DNA from: Cyanophora paradoxa CCMP329
Taxonomy: Eukaryota; Plantae; Glaucophyta
DNA length: 64,000 nt
Direction of reading: 5' to 3'
Assembly (NCBI GenBank): GCA_004431415.1
Contig: QPMI01000058.1
Coordinates: forward strand, 248,001 to 312,000
Position numbers and translations under genes: made by a program
Shown: positions 38,270 to 46,760 of the stretch, one piece after another
How positions within the stretch are numbered: position 1 is the first letter of the stretch
Layout of the letters: every line of letters begins with the position of its first letter
The notes under the pieces: generated by a model
Databases searched by the model: none
What the model saw: the letters and a program-made list of their open reading frames with translations, nothing else
Told to the model about the DNA's origin: nothing

Positions 38270-38840
38270 TGTTGACACGGATGCAGCTCTGAACTTGTCG
38301 CATCTTATCGAACAAGCTCTTGCAGCTCCCGGAGAGCGTGAACGAGCTGAGAAACTCTCCCTGGTGCACTAAACCGGCCTTGCCTCCGATTTCGAAGTCT
38401 CACAGGGCATGCAGGCCTTCGCACAAGAAACGGAACTATCCCAAGGTCGCGTGCTGGAGAAGCTGGATCACATGGAAAAGATGATGAACGAGACCAAGGG
38501 CGAGATCAAGGGCGAGATCAAGGGCAAGCTGAACGAGGCCAAAGGCGAGATCAAGGGCGAGCTCACTGAAACGAAGCGTGAGCTTAGTAGCGATATCAAG
38601 AGCTTGGACACGAAGATTTGGGTGATCAATGTTTCGCATCCCTTTAAAATTTTCTGCGAACAGTTTCTAACCGTCCGCACAGGCAATCATCTCAATTGCC
38701 TTCTCAGCGTGAGCATCTTCCTCTTTTCAGTCATCACCCTGTTGATTATTGATGTCGTTGCACAGAATGGCGGGCTACATTTTTTCACGTGACGGTGCGA
38801 TTCTTGTTCGGCTTCGAATGCACACTGTGCATGGGTGACC
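38270..38840 (+). CDS. Coiled-coil plus C-terminal transmembrane protein (CCDC90/DUF1640-like); 5' exons uncertain
   Basis: KGEI repeat coiled coil ending ELSSDIKSLDTKIWVIN; removing GT-AG introns gives a hydrophobic tail AIISIAFSAMAGYIFSR. Confidence 0.45.
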
Positions 38841-38993
38841 CGCGATTTCGTCAGCGGCCGCTCCGCCCTCCGCCCACCACATGGCCCCGCCCTCAGCCAC
38901 GGCCGCTCCGCTGGGATCCTCGACCTCGCCGTCACCGCCCGCGCCAGCCGCCGCGCCTCCCGCTCCGCCTGTGCCCGCACAGTAGCGGCCTCC

Positions 38994-39064
38994 ACACATA
39001 AAGAAAAACAAATATTTAACCCTCGCGTTCCGCTCAGGTTAAATATTTGTTTTTCTTTATGTGT
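38994..39064. repeat. Perfect 28-bp inverted repeat (hairpin) at the left terminus of PLV-A
   Basis: ACACATAAAGAAAAACAAATATTTAACC (38994-39021) and its exact reverse complement (39037-39064) around a 15-nt GC-rich loop. Confidence 0.95.
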
Positions 39065-39290
39065 TTTAATACAAATTTAATATGAATTTAACATGAATTT
39101 ATAGATATTTTATATAAATTAAACATGTAATAATATATATTTATATGTAATTATCGATATAATCATGATGAAATTAATGTACAATTCGATATAATCACGA
39201 TATGTACAATGTAAAAATGATATGATCGCGATATGTTCTATGTAAATCGATATGTTTAATTAATTAATAGTGTGATTCATTTAATGATAA

Positions 39291-39940
39291 GGTGGGGCGG
39301 TGGGGTCTGGTTGGGTCTGTTTTTCGAATTGCTATAATTTTCTTGGCGTTCTAAATTTTTCTGAAAAGTGACCCCACCACACCCCACCACCCCACCCTAT
39401 CGATTAATTTATATTTCCATACCTAATTATATGTTAATTTCAATCTAATTTATATCAATTTGAAAGAGGGGGATGCTATAATTTATGGTAATGGTGGGGT
39501 GTAAGGTGGGGTGTAATTTGTTACGGAATCAGTGCGGGAATATCTACTATATCGAAGCCGCATTTAACATGTAAATACCGTTAGATCTGTACATGGTTGG
39601 GTGTAAATACCGTTAGATCTGTACACGCACACGTTAGATCTGTACATGGTTGGGTGTAATCTCGCACGTATTTGGGTCTAAAATACTATAATATCATATA
39701 TTTATCGATACGGTGGGCGGTGGGGTCTGGTGGGGCATGTTTTTGAAATTCATTATTTTTTGGGATCCGCTTAAAATTTTCTGGAAATTTGACCCCACCA
39801 CACCCCACCCTCCCACCCTATCCATTAATTCATACATCCCACACTTATTTATATGTTAATTTCAATCTAATATATAGCAATTTGAAAAGTGGGAATGCTA
39901 TAATTTATGGTAACGGTGGGGTGTAGGGTGGGGTGTCATT
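39291..39940 (+). repeat. Two diverged ~230-bp modules with GGTGGGG/CCCCACC clusters (39291-39518, 39712-39940) flanking short tandem repeats
   Basis: Each module has three G-rich motifs, an AT spacer, three C-rich motifs, an AT spacer and two G-rich motifs; CGTTAGATCTGTACA occurs three times between them (~39579-39645). Confidence 0.9.
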
Positions 39941-40202
39941 CCTTACTGATTCACGTAAGATTAACTCGGAAATCGCGCTACTCTATGCCTCTCCGCTCTC
40001 TCCAAACCGCTAAACATACACGTTATCCTACCTTCTATCTCCTCCATTATTACTGATGTCTTACGCTCCGCTTCCGTTGTCTTACCATCAATCGTGCGAA
40101 ATTCAAAAAGCCCCGTGAGCAACCGAAAATGATTTAAGGAGAACGCGATACATTGGGGTAAGAAGAAAAATATTTTCCCTGTTTCAGATAAGTAAGGATC
40201 AA

Positions 40203-40814
40203 ATGGCGGTTACTATTAATACGGATCTCATGGCGTACATGTTTAATAACCAATCGATTTTCTATAGGGGTTTCGAGTCAACGCCGTTTCTTGCGGAGCT
40301 GTTTGATGTCATCTTTTCCCTTGATAGTGAGCGTACGCTTTTCTCCTTTATTAACACACTCTTCAAACCGGAAGATATTATATCTATTGGTTACTTCATT
40401 GAAGATCCGCATAAGATTGTTATTCATTCAAATGTTGGGTATTCCTATGTCAAAATCCATGATTTCTCAATTAAGTATAGCATTGTGGAGGTTGATGATG
40501 ATGATATAGGCGGATATCAACGGGTTGTGAATTTCTGGTCTCTTTACCGATGCACTCCGTTCAGTCTTAATGATGTTATCAAAACCATAAAGCGTGTACA
40601 ATCTTTCAGACTTCTATATTTTAAGGTTGATCGCAATATGTCCGTTTATTATAAGAAGTTTGAAGAGCATGGCTTGAAGATTACACGCCGCGTTACACTG
40701 CGGAAATTCTTGAAAGCCAACGGGGCTAAGTGGAGCCGCACCTTTCGAAAGTGGTATATTGAGGAAAACAACCAACTCATCGCTGATATCTTTTCAATCG
40801 CTCCCCAACGCTAA
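40203..40814 (+). CDS. Viral hypothetical protein with C-terminal DUF5710-like motif
   Basis: 203-aa ORF; LKANGAKWSRTFRKWYI resembles the K..GA.W....K.WY motif. Confidence 0.6.
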   Translation: MAVTINTDLMAYMFNNQSIFYRGFESTPFLAELFDVIFSLDSERTLFSFINTLFKPEDIISIGYFIEDPHKIVIHSNVGYSYVKIHDFSIKYSIVEVDDDDIGGYQRVVNFWSLYRCTPFSLNDVIKTIKRVQSFRLLYFKVDRNMSVYYKKFEEHGLKITRRVTLRKFLKANGAKWSRTFRKWYIEENNQLIADIFSIAPQR

Positions 40815-41705
40815 AACCTCCAACTGAAACGAATTATCTATACCGTTCATATCTACAAGATCACCATAATAATCACGAAACTCTACCGTTAACTCACGAA
40901 TAATAAGGTCCTTATCTGTTATTTTTACATACTCGCTCACTTCTCCGGTGTGATAGATGTATTTCCCGATGTCCTGACTCAATTGTAATCGCAAAATCGC
41001 GCCTTGATTCTGCGGTTGTGATTGTGGTACTATGTTATGGTTTGATGCGAATGGCGCGAGTTCTTTGATGTGCATGTATAAATACTGTTCAGCATTCATG
41101 TCCGCCATCTTTGGACTTACTGCTTTGAACGCCATCGGTGCCGCTACTAATTCTGCTCCTTCAAATGTAATTCCCCATTGTGGATGATCGGGTGTTATTG
41201 GCGTTCCTGCATAAAATAAGATGTTTTCCGGAGCATATAAAGACCTATTACCTTCCAATATTTGTTGCCCGCTAACTAATATTTGGGTGGTACTGAGACC
41301 AAGTAATTTTGCGATTCTATTGTTTGCTGCGATAAGTTCAAAAGGGTAATTACAATAAAACTCCAATTTGTATGTTGTTGGATTATAATAAATCTTAAAC
41401 ATTACATTTTCAGTAACGGCATAACTCAAACCGTAATTGTATGGTTGAGTAACCCCAAAATGCCCTTGATTGATATAACCACTCGGTAACGGGAAAAGTT
41501 GCTGATTTAAATAAACGCCATTGACATTATAACTTATAACGATATAATCGGTTTTAATCGAATTATAAATGCTGTTGGGAATCTCTGCATATATAACGCG
41601 ACATTCTCGTGGTCTTGTTATTGGTGTGGTTAGTGCAACCTTATAAGAGTTTTCTTTTTGTCCAAACTGTCGATCTCTACTATCAACATTGACAAGCCGA
41701 ATCAT
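40794..41705 (-). CDS. Minor capsid (penton) protein 1
   Basis: ATG 41705; N-terminal VNVDSRDR...YAEIPNSIYN and C-terminal IRELTVEFRDYYGDLVDMNGIDNSFQLEV, the typical PLV/NCLDV penton signature. Confidence 0.85.
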   Translation of the reverse strand: MIRLVNVDSRDRQFGQKENSYKVALTTPITRPRECRVIYAEIPNSIYNSIKTDYIVISYNVNGVYLNQQLFPLPSGYINQGHFGVTQPYNYGLSYAVTENVMFKIYYNPTTYKLEFYCNYPFELIAANNRIAKLLGLSTTQILVSGQQILEGNRSLYAPENILFYAGTPITPDHPQWGITFEGAELVAAPMAFKAVSPKMADMNAEQYLYMHIKELAPFASNHNIVPQSQPQNQGAILRLQLSQDIGKYIYHTGEVSEYVKITDKDLIIRELTVEFRDYYGDLVDMNGIDNSFQLEVLALGSD

Positions 41706-41733
41706 TTTATTATATGAATATAGATTAAAGAAA

Positions 41734-42744
41734 ATGCCCGTGGAATATGTTGAAGTGTCATCTTTTAAACAGATTGATAACCTTGACGCTCCAACTTCGC
41801 GATTCATTGCCGATCTCCCAAAAACCTTTGAGAGTGTAAGAGCGGTTCGTCTTATTTCGGCGGAGTTCTATAATTCCATTCCTATCATTAGCGGTGATTC
41901 GGTCGTCGGTGATGCAACGGTTGAAGATGCCTTTACAATCAATTACAGTATAGCAAACCCAACCGTTAATTCTACAAAAGCGCCTGCTCCTGGTTTTGAT
42001 GAGTGGTCAAGTATTCGACCTGGAATAGGTCTTGGTTTGGATGTCATCAATACTCACCAAGAACTGGCGGATCGGATAAATAACCTTTTTCGAGAAAAGG
42101 TACCTGATCCCGGGATTATTTGTAAATGGGATGCTGTAAATAAGCGGTTTGTATTCTACGCTCCGCATGAATTCTATATTGCATTCGTGATAGATAGAGA
42201 CCCAAAGGTTTCCGGTGCCGAAGCTGGTAACCGTCGCGCTCGCGTTTTAGGTCTTGATGCTGGACGTAGAGGGAACCGATATATCAAATCGAGTATTTAC
42301 AATGCTCAAACAGATCCCGTATTTACTGGTGCAAATGTACATGGGATCATTTCAACTTTCCCAACAGAAGGGTGCAAAGATAATGTAATATTTGTGAGAG
42401 TAAAAGAACTCGGTGACCTCGTCCAATGCGCTGATGGTCTTCTCACTGGATATTTTCACAAGTTGTCCGTTCAAGATAAAAATTTTGCTGAACACATTAT
42501 TTATAATTCAACAGAAGCAAACCCGCTGTATAAATACTTCAATAATAAAATGTCACTATCACAACTGTCGGTAGACATTGTAAACGCTCAGAATCAATTA
42601 ATAGATTTCGAAGGGCAACCTGTGCATCTAACATTCGAGATCCGCTATGGCGATGAACCCGCCGGTGATCCCATTTATGAATATTTCAAAATGAGAATGA
42701 GAGAAACCCACCCCTTCTATCCAAATATTGCCGGATTCGCGTAA
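41734..42744 (+). CDS. Minor capsid (penton) protein 2
   Basis: ATG 41734; SRFIADLPKTFESVRAVRLISAEFYN and LSQLSVDIVNAQNQLIDFEGQPVHLTFEI match the same penton pattern. Confidence 0.8.
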   Translation: MPVEYVEVSSFKQIDNLDAPTSRFIADLPKTFESVRAVRLISAEFYNSIPIISGDSVVGDATVEDAFTINYSIANPTVNSTKAPAPGFDEWSSIRPGIGLGLDVINTHQELADRINNLFREKVPDPGIICKWDAVNKRFVFYAPHEFYIAFVIDRDPKVSGAEAGNRRARVLGLDAGRRGNRYIKSSIYNAQTDPVFTGANVHGIISTFPTEGCKDNVIFVRVKELGDLVQCADGLLTGYFHKLSVQDKNFAEHIIYNSTEANPLYKYFNNKMSLSQLSVDIVNAQNQLIDFEGQPVHLTFEIRYGDEPAGDPIYEYFKMRMRETHPFYPNIAGFA

Positions 42745-42796
42745 ATTAAGGATCATTCACAGAATTTTTATATTTCTCTATTGTAAAAGAGAAATC

Positions 42797-44197
42797 ATGG
42801 ATGTCACCACAACTCTTCAACGTCTTTCCCTCAAAGAGGCGCTAACCACGCCCGAAGAGGCAAAGGCGTTTTTCCTCGATAACTCGCTCATGCTCGGTCT
42901 GGAAGCGAAGACGAAACCCGTTCTCGTAACTGTTAGTCCATCAACAACCTATGACAACAACGTAGGACAGCGCGTAAGTTTCAAACTTCCCCGCTACAAT
43001 TTCATCGGTAAAATCGAACTCGCTTTTGATCTTCCCGAACTAACCGCTTTCGAAGGTGATACAGACCTTGTGCGAAACGGTTACACTCGCCCTGTTGGTT
43101 CGCTTGTGCAACGCCTTGAAATCTCATACGGTTCTTACACATTCCACGTCCCGTCAGATTTCCTGGCGATTTTCCCGCTGGTCTACTATTCAGAAGATCA
43201 GTTGGCGAAAAAGAAGCGCTCTATGGGAATGCTCCATGGAATTCCCGCTCACGGAACCAACCGTAAAGGTGGCGCTTTCTTCGTTGAGATCCCGGTACCT
43301 TGGTTAAACAGTTACCTACCACTCGGTGCGCTCTCTGGTGAGATGGTTGTTACTGTTTGGTTCAAAGAAGCTAACAAGGGTTACCTTGAAACTTCTTACG
43401 GCGGTCGCTCTCTACCGGTTGTTGGCGCGGCTGCTGTGGATCAAACCGCGAATGACGGTCTCGGAAACGCTGTTAGTGTAACTCTTGCTAATGTCGGTCA
43501 AAACATCACCACTGGTACTATTACTGGGTTTGAAGTTGCTGGAACCATTCCACCAATGACCCATTACATCTCCATTAAGTCTCCTCGCCTTTACATGCAT
43601 GCTATCAATGTATCCGACGAACTGTTTGCTACGGTTATTGAGAAGGTCAAGACTACTGGTATGGCGATTCCATCACTCGACATTGGTTTTGTCGATGTCA
43701 GCGGTTTCGCTGCGAAAGGTAACACTCAACCCAACCGAATTAACCTTAGCCAAATCTCCGGTCTGGTTTATGCTCTTCTTGTCTCTGTTCGCGATGATGA
43801 GGGTATTGATTCTTCTAACGGTTCTCACAGCGTCCTTAAAACGCTTGCGAACGCGAAGGATATCACGATGACTTGTGAGATCAACGGACAGCGTCTATAT
43901 TCGACGGAGCCAATCCCACTTCTCAAAGGTGCGGAACTCATCGCTGATGCTTTCAAATGCTCGAACATGGACAAAGAAGCAAACCGTTACGTTCTTACAG
44001 GGCTGCCTTTCTGCGCTGACGGTGAGAAGGCGATTCGCAATATCGCACAGAGTGGATATGTTGACCTTACGAACTCGTCGTCATCGTTCCTAACTCTGTA
44101 TCTCCCTGCCGATCGCACAATTACTGTTAACGTTCGCGCTCTCATGCACAGTTTCATAATTTGTGACCGCGATGGAATCCGTAGAATTAATATGTAA
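42797..44197 (+). CDS. Double-jelly-roll major capsid protein
   Basis: 466 aa; FKLPR...IELAFDLPEL, SLVQRLEISYG and FFVEIPVPW...YLPLGAL follow the DJR MCP pattern; located between the penton and ATPase genes. Confidence 0.85.
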   Translation: MDVTTTLQRLSLKEALTTPEEAKAFFLDNSLMLGLEAKTKPVLVTVSPSTTYDNNVGQRVSFKLPRYNFIGKIELAFDLPELTAFEGDTDLVRNGYTRPVGSLVQRLEISYGSYTFHVPSDFLAIFPLVYYSEDQLAKKKRSMGMLHGIPAHGTNRKGGAFFVEIPVPWLNSYLPLGALSGEMVVTVWFKEANKGYLETSYGGRSLPVVGAAAVDQTANDGLGNAVSVTLANVGQNITTGTITGFEVAGTIPPMTHYISIKSPRLYMHAINVSDELFATVIEKVKTTGMAIPSLDIGFVDVSGFAAKGNTQPNRINLSQISGLVYALLVSVRDDEGIDSSNGSHSVLKTLANAKDITMTCEINGQRLYSTEPIPLLKGAELIADAFKCSNMDKEANRYVLTGLPFCADGEKAIRNIAQSGYVDLTNSSSSFLTLYLPADRTITVNVRALMHSFIICDRDGIRRINM

Positions 44198-44257
44198 ACC
44201 ATTATTAGTAAGAATTCGTTATTTTTATCTATCTTTATTAAGAAGATCTACAACACC

Positions 44258-45040
44258 ATGGTGGAATTAGAAGAGTTTAACGCTGCTGAAATGATTGAGC
44301 CACCGTTCCGATTATTGATACTTGGAAAGTCGGCGTGCGGGAAAACTGAGGCGGTAAAATATTATTTGAAACAGCTTCATGATGCAAAAAAGATTGATAC
44401 AACGCTTATTATCTCCGCTACAAGTTTCACGCATTACTGGGATAAAGCCGCTACTGTTCAATTGGGTGCCTGGGATCCACAATACATACAAAAGGTTATT
44501 AAAGATCGTGAAGAGAAGAGGGAAAGAGGAGAGAAACTAAACCATATGCTGGTGATTTTAGAGGATATGATAGAAAACGACCAATTAGACTTAACACGTG
44601 ATAAAATATGTGGTATGCTGTACACGAGGTCCCGTCATATTTCGTGTTCCGTCATTACAATTTCGCAAAAACTCCGCAAGGTTGCAAGTGTGATTCGCTG
44701 TAATAGTGATATCGTTATTATGGTTTGTGCAAGTAATCAGAAAGAGTTAGAAGCTTTCGCCGAAGAGTTTTCTACGTTTCCCCGTAAAGAAGATTTCTAT
44801 AAGATGTTCGAAGAGTACGTGCATTCTTACCAATTCATCGTTTACACATCATTCAAATATAACGTAGGGTATTATGTTGATAAAGCGGAATTGGTCGGTG
44901 ACTTCGATTTCCCACGGTTTCATCGGAAGCCCAAAAAGAAAGAAGATGAATTACAACCACCACAGAAAGAAGAAGCGCCAAAAGAGATTAAAAGCGCTGT
45001 TCATACTAATAAGTTGATGCGATATAAGAGAGGACTTTAA
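44258..45040 (+). CDS. A32-like (FtsK/HerA superfamily) genome packaging ATPase
   Basis: Walker A GKSACGKT, Walker B LVILEDMI and RSRHISCSVITISQ motif. Confidence 0.92.
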   Translation: MVELEEFNAAEMIEPPFRLLILGKSACGKTEAVKYYLKQLHDAKKIDTTLIISATSFTHYWDKAATVQLGAWDPQYIQKVIKDREEKRERGEKLNHMLVILEDMIENDQLDLTRDKICGMLYTRSRHISCSVITISQKLRKVASVIRCNSDIVIMVCASNQKELEAFAEEFSTFPRKEDFYKMFEEYVHSYQFIVYTSFKYNVGYYVDKAELVGDFDFPRFHRKPKKKEDELQPPQKEEAPKEIKSAVHTNKLMRYKRGL

Positions 45041-45068
45041 AATTATCTTCATTATTATTAAAGATACA

Positions 45069-45800
45069 ATGCCGCCGAAACGTAGAGGAGTCCCCGCCGG
45101 TGCTATTTCATATTCTGGCGGTGAAAGTTATGGATCTCTCAATACAACACCAATGAAATTTGACGGAGTCAATCAAGTAAAAGCAACTCAACAAGAAGAA
45201 GACCCTTTAAATGCCGCTTATGAAGAAGCGCCCGGTGATAAAGCGCCTCAAACATCACAAAGTGATCAGTTAAACATTTCCCCGGAAGTCTCGAAGATTA
45301 AGGCGGTCGGTGAGGGTGCGCGTCGGATTATCGGCGCTGCTGATGATCGTGAACTTGGTCTACAAGATCTTGCACTTGCCCGCAAAGGTCAAGGTGTTTC
45401 AAAAGAATCGGACAAGGTTATTCAATCGATGGCGGGTGAAGTTACTTACAAGGTTGCACCAACTCAAAACATCCACCGAATCCCGAAGGCTCAATGGGAC
45501 GAAATGACTGCAAAACTAAAAGACCTTGAAGCGAAGTCAAGCGCGCTTGAACAGTATGTAACAGAGAAGAAAGAACGCGCTAAAATTAAGGAAATGCTGC
45601 GTAAAGAAGTTTTCCGAATGGGAATTACTGGTGTTCCCGATAAACAATTTATTGGTAAGAAAGAGACACAAATAGATGAGCAAGCGGTAGATGAAATGAA
45701 GACAAAGACACAAAAGGGAACCATTGAACCTGGGGCAACCAAAGCGGAAGTAGAGAAAGCCGTAGCACCAACAGTATACAAGCGGAGAGTTTGGCTATAA
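45069..45800 (+). CDS. Viral hypothetical protein (charged, predicted coiled coil)
   Basis: 243-aa intact ORF tightly packed after the ATPase. Confidence 0.7.
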   Translation: MPPKRRGVPAGAISYSGGESYGSLNTTPMKFDGVNQVKATQQEEDPLNAAYEEAPGDKAPQTSQSDQLNISPEVSKIKAVGEGARRIIGAADDRELGLQDLALARKGQGVSKESDKVIQSMAGEVTYKVAPTQNIHRIPKAQWDEMTAKLKDLEAKSSALEQYVTEKKERAKIKEMLRKEVFRMGITGVPDKQFIGKKETQIDEQAVDEMKTKTQKGTIEPGATKAEVEKAVAPTVYKRRVWL

Positions 45801-45823
45801 AATATGTATTTCTTTATAGAGAC

Positions 45824-46075
45824 ATGGAATTCTTGCAAAAGATCATAGAGATGTTTAATCTTCATGTTGTAAGCAAATGTCACAGTGGATGCTGTGAAAC
45901 AACCGTTGAGCTTGGTTTCTCAGATACCGAAGATAATGTGACGGAAGGTAGACGATCCCGTAGGGGATCATTTGTGTCTACAGGTACAGGTTCGCGACCT
46001 GGAACACCCGACCCTGGTCACCGTTTTCCCGTTGATGATAGCAACGAATTAAGGCGTCGATCTCTTCCATATTAA
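45824..46075 (+). CDS. Small viral protein with a Cys cluster (KCHSGCC)
   Basis: 83-aa ORF with AT-rich upstream spacer, contiguous with the structural cluster. Confidence 0.55.
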   Translation: MEFLQKIIEMFNLHVVSKCHSGCCETTVELGFSDTEDNVTEGRRSRRGSFVSTGTGSRPGTPDPGHRFPVDDSNELRRRSLPY

Positions 46076-46277
46076 AATATCCGATAAAGGTATCGAATAA
46101 TGCTTAAAGAAGTCTACAATATCATCTTAGCGAAACGACAGATTTACGCGGTTGAATCTGCAATAGAAAAACGTAGACGGGAGCTTGTCCGGTCGCCAAA
46201 AATTGACAACCCAAAAAGGATTTAAAGGTACTGCGATATTACACACTGATAAAATATTTTCTCTGCTTAAAATAAGG

Positions 46278-46547
46278 ATGGCTTCGTTTGCCGATGATGT
46301 TAGCGTTGTTGAATTTGAATTTGATTTCGATAGTGACGAATCCATGGACTCCCCAACTGCGAAAACTAAAACAAGCGCTGATGATGTCAGTTATAGAATC
46401 CGAAAAATCATTGCTCAACGCAATAGATATAATGAGGATGCCGAAAATCGCGAACTTAAAAAGAAGAAGGTATTAGAAGCGTATTACCGTCGTAAAGCGG
46501 AGGAGGGAACCAATACGGGAAAGCGTGGAAGACCGCGCAAGTATTGA
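46278..46547 (+). CDS. Small AT-hook DNA-binding protein
   Basis: 89 aa; acidic N-terminus and C-terminal KRGRPRK AT-hook; shares an upstream motif with neighbouring genes. Confidence 0.7.
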   Translation: MASFADDVSVVEFEFDFDSDESMDSPTAKTKTSADDVSYRIRKIIAQRNRYNEDAENRELKKKKVLEAYYRRKAEEGTNTGKRGRPRKY

Positions 46548-46760
46548 ATAGAAAACCATCAATTGCCGCTAAACATCATTTATTATTTTTCGAGCAACTT
46601 ACCGATTATATTAGGTAATTGCGTTACCATTTCTCGATTGCCCCGATTTAATTGATCAATTCCCCGATACGGAGGAAAAAGTATTTAAAGACAAGGCGCC
46701 AAAAAATGACAAGGAAGAAAAATATTTTCTCATTCTATTGTAGAAAAGAGAAAGTTGAAA

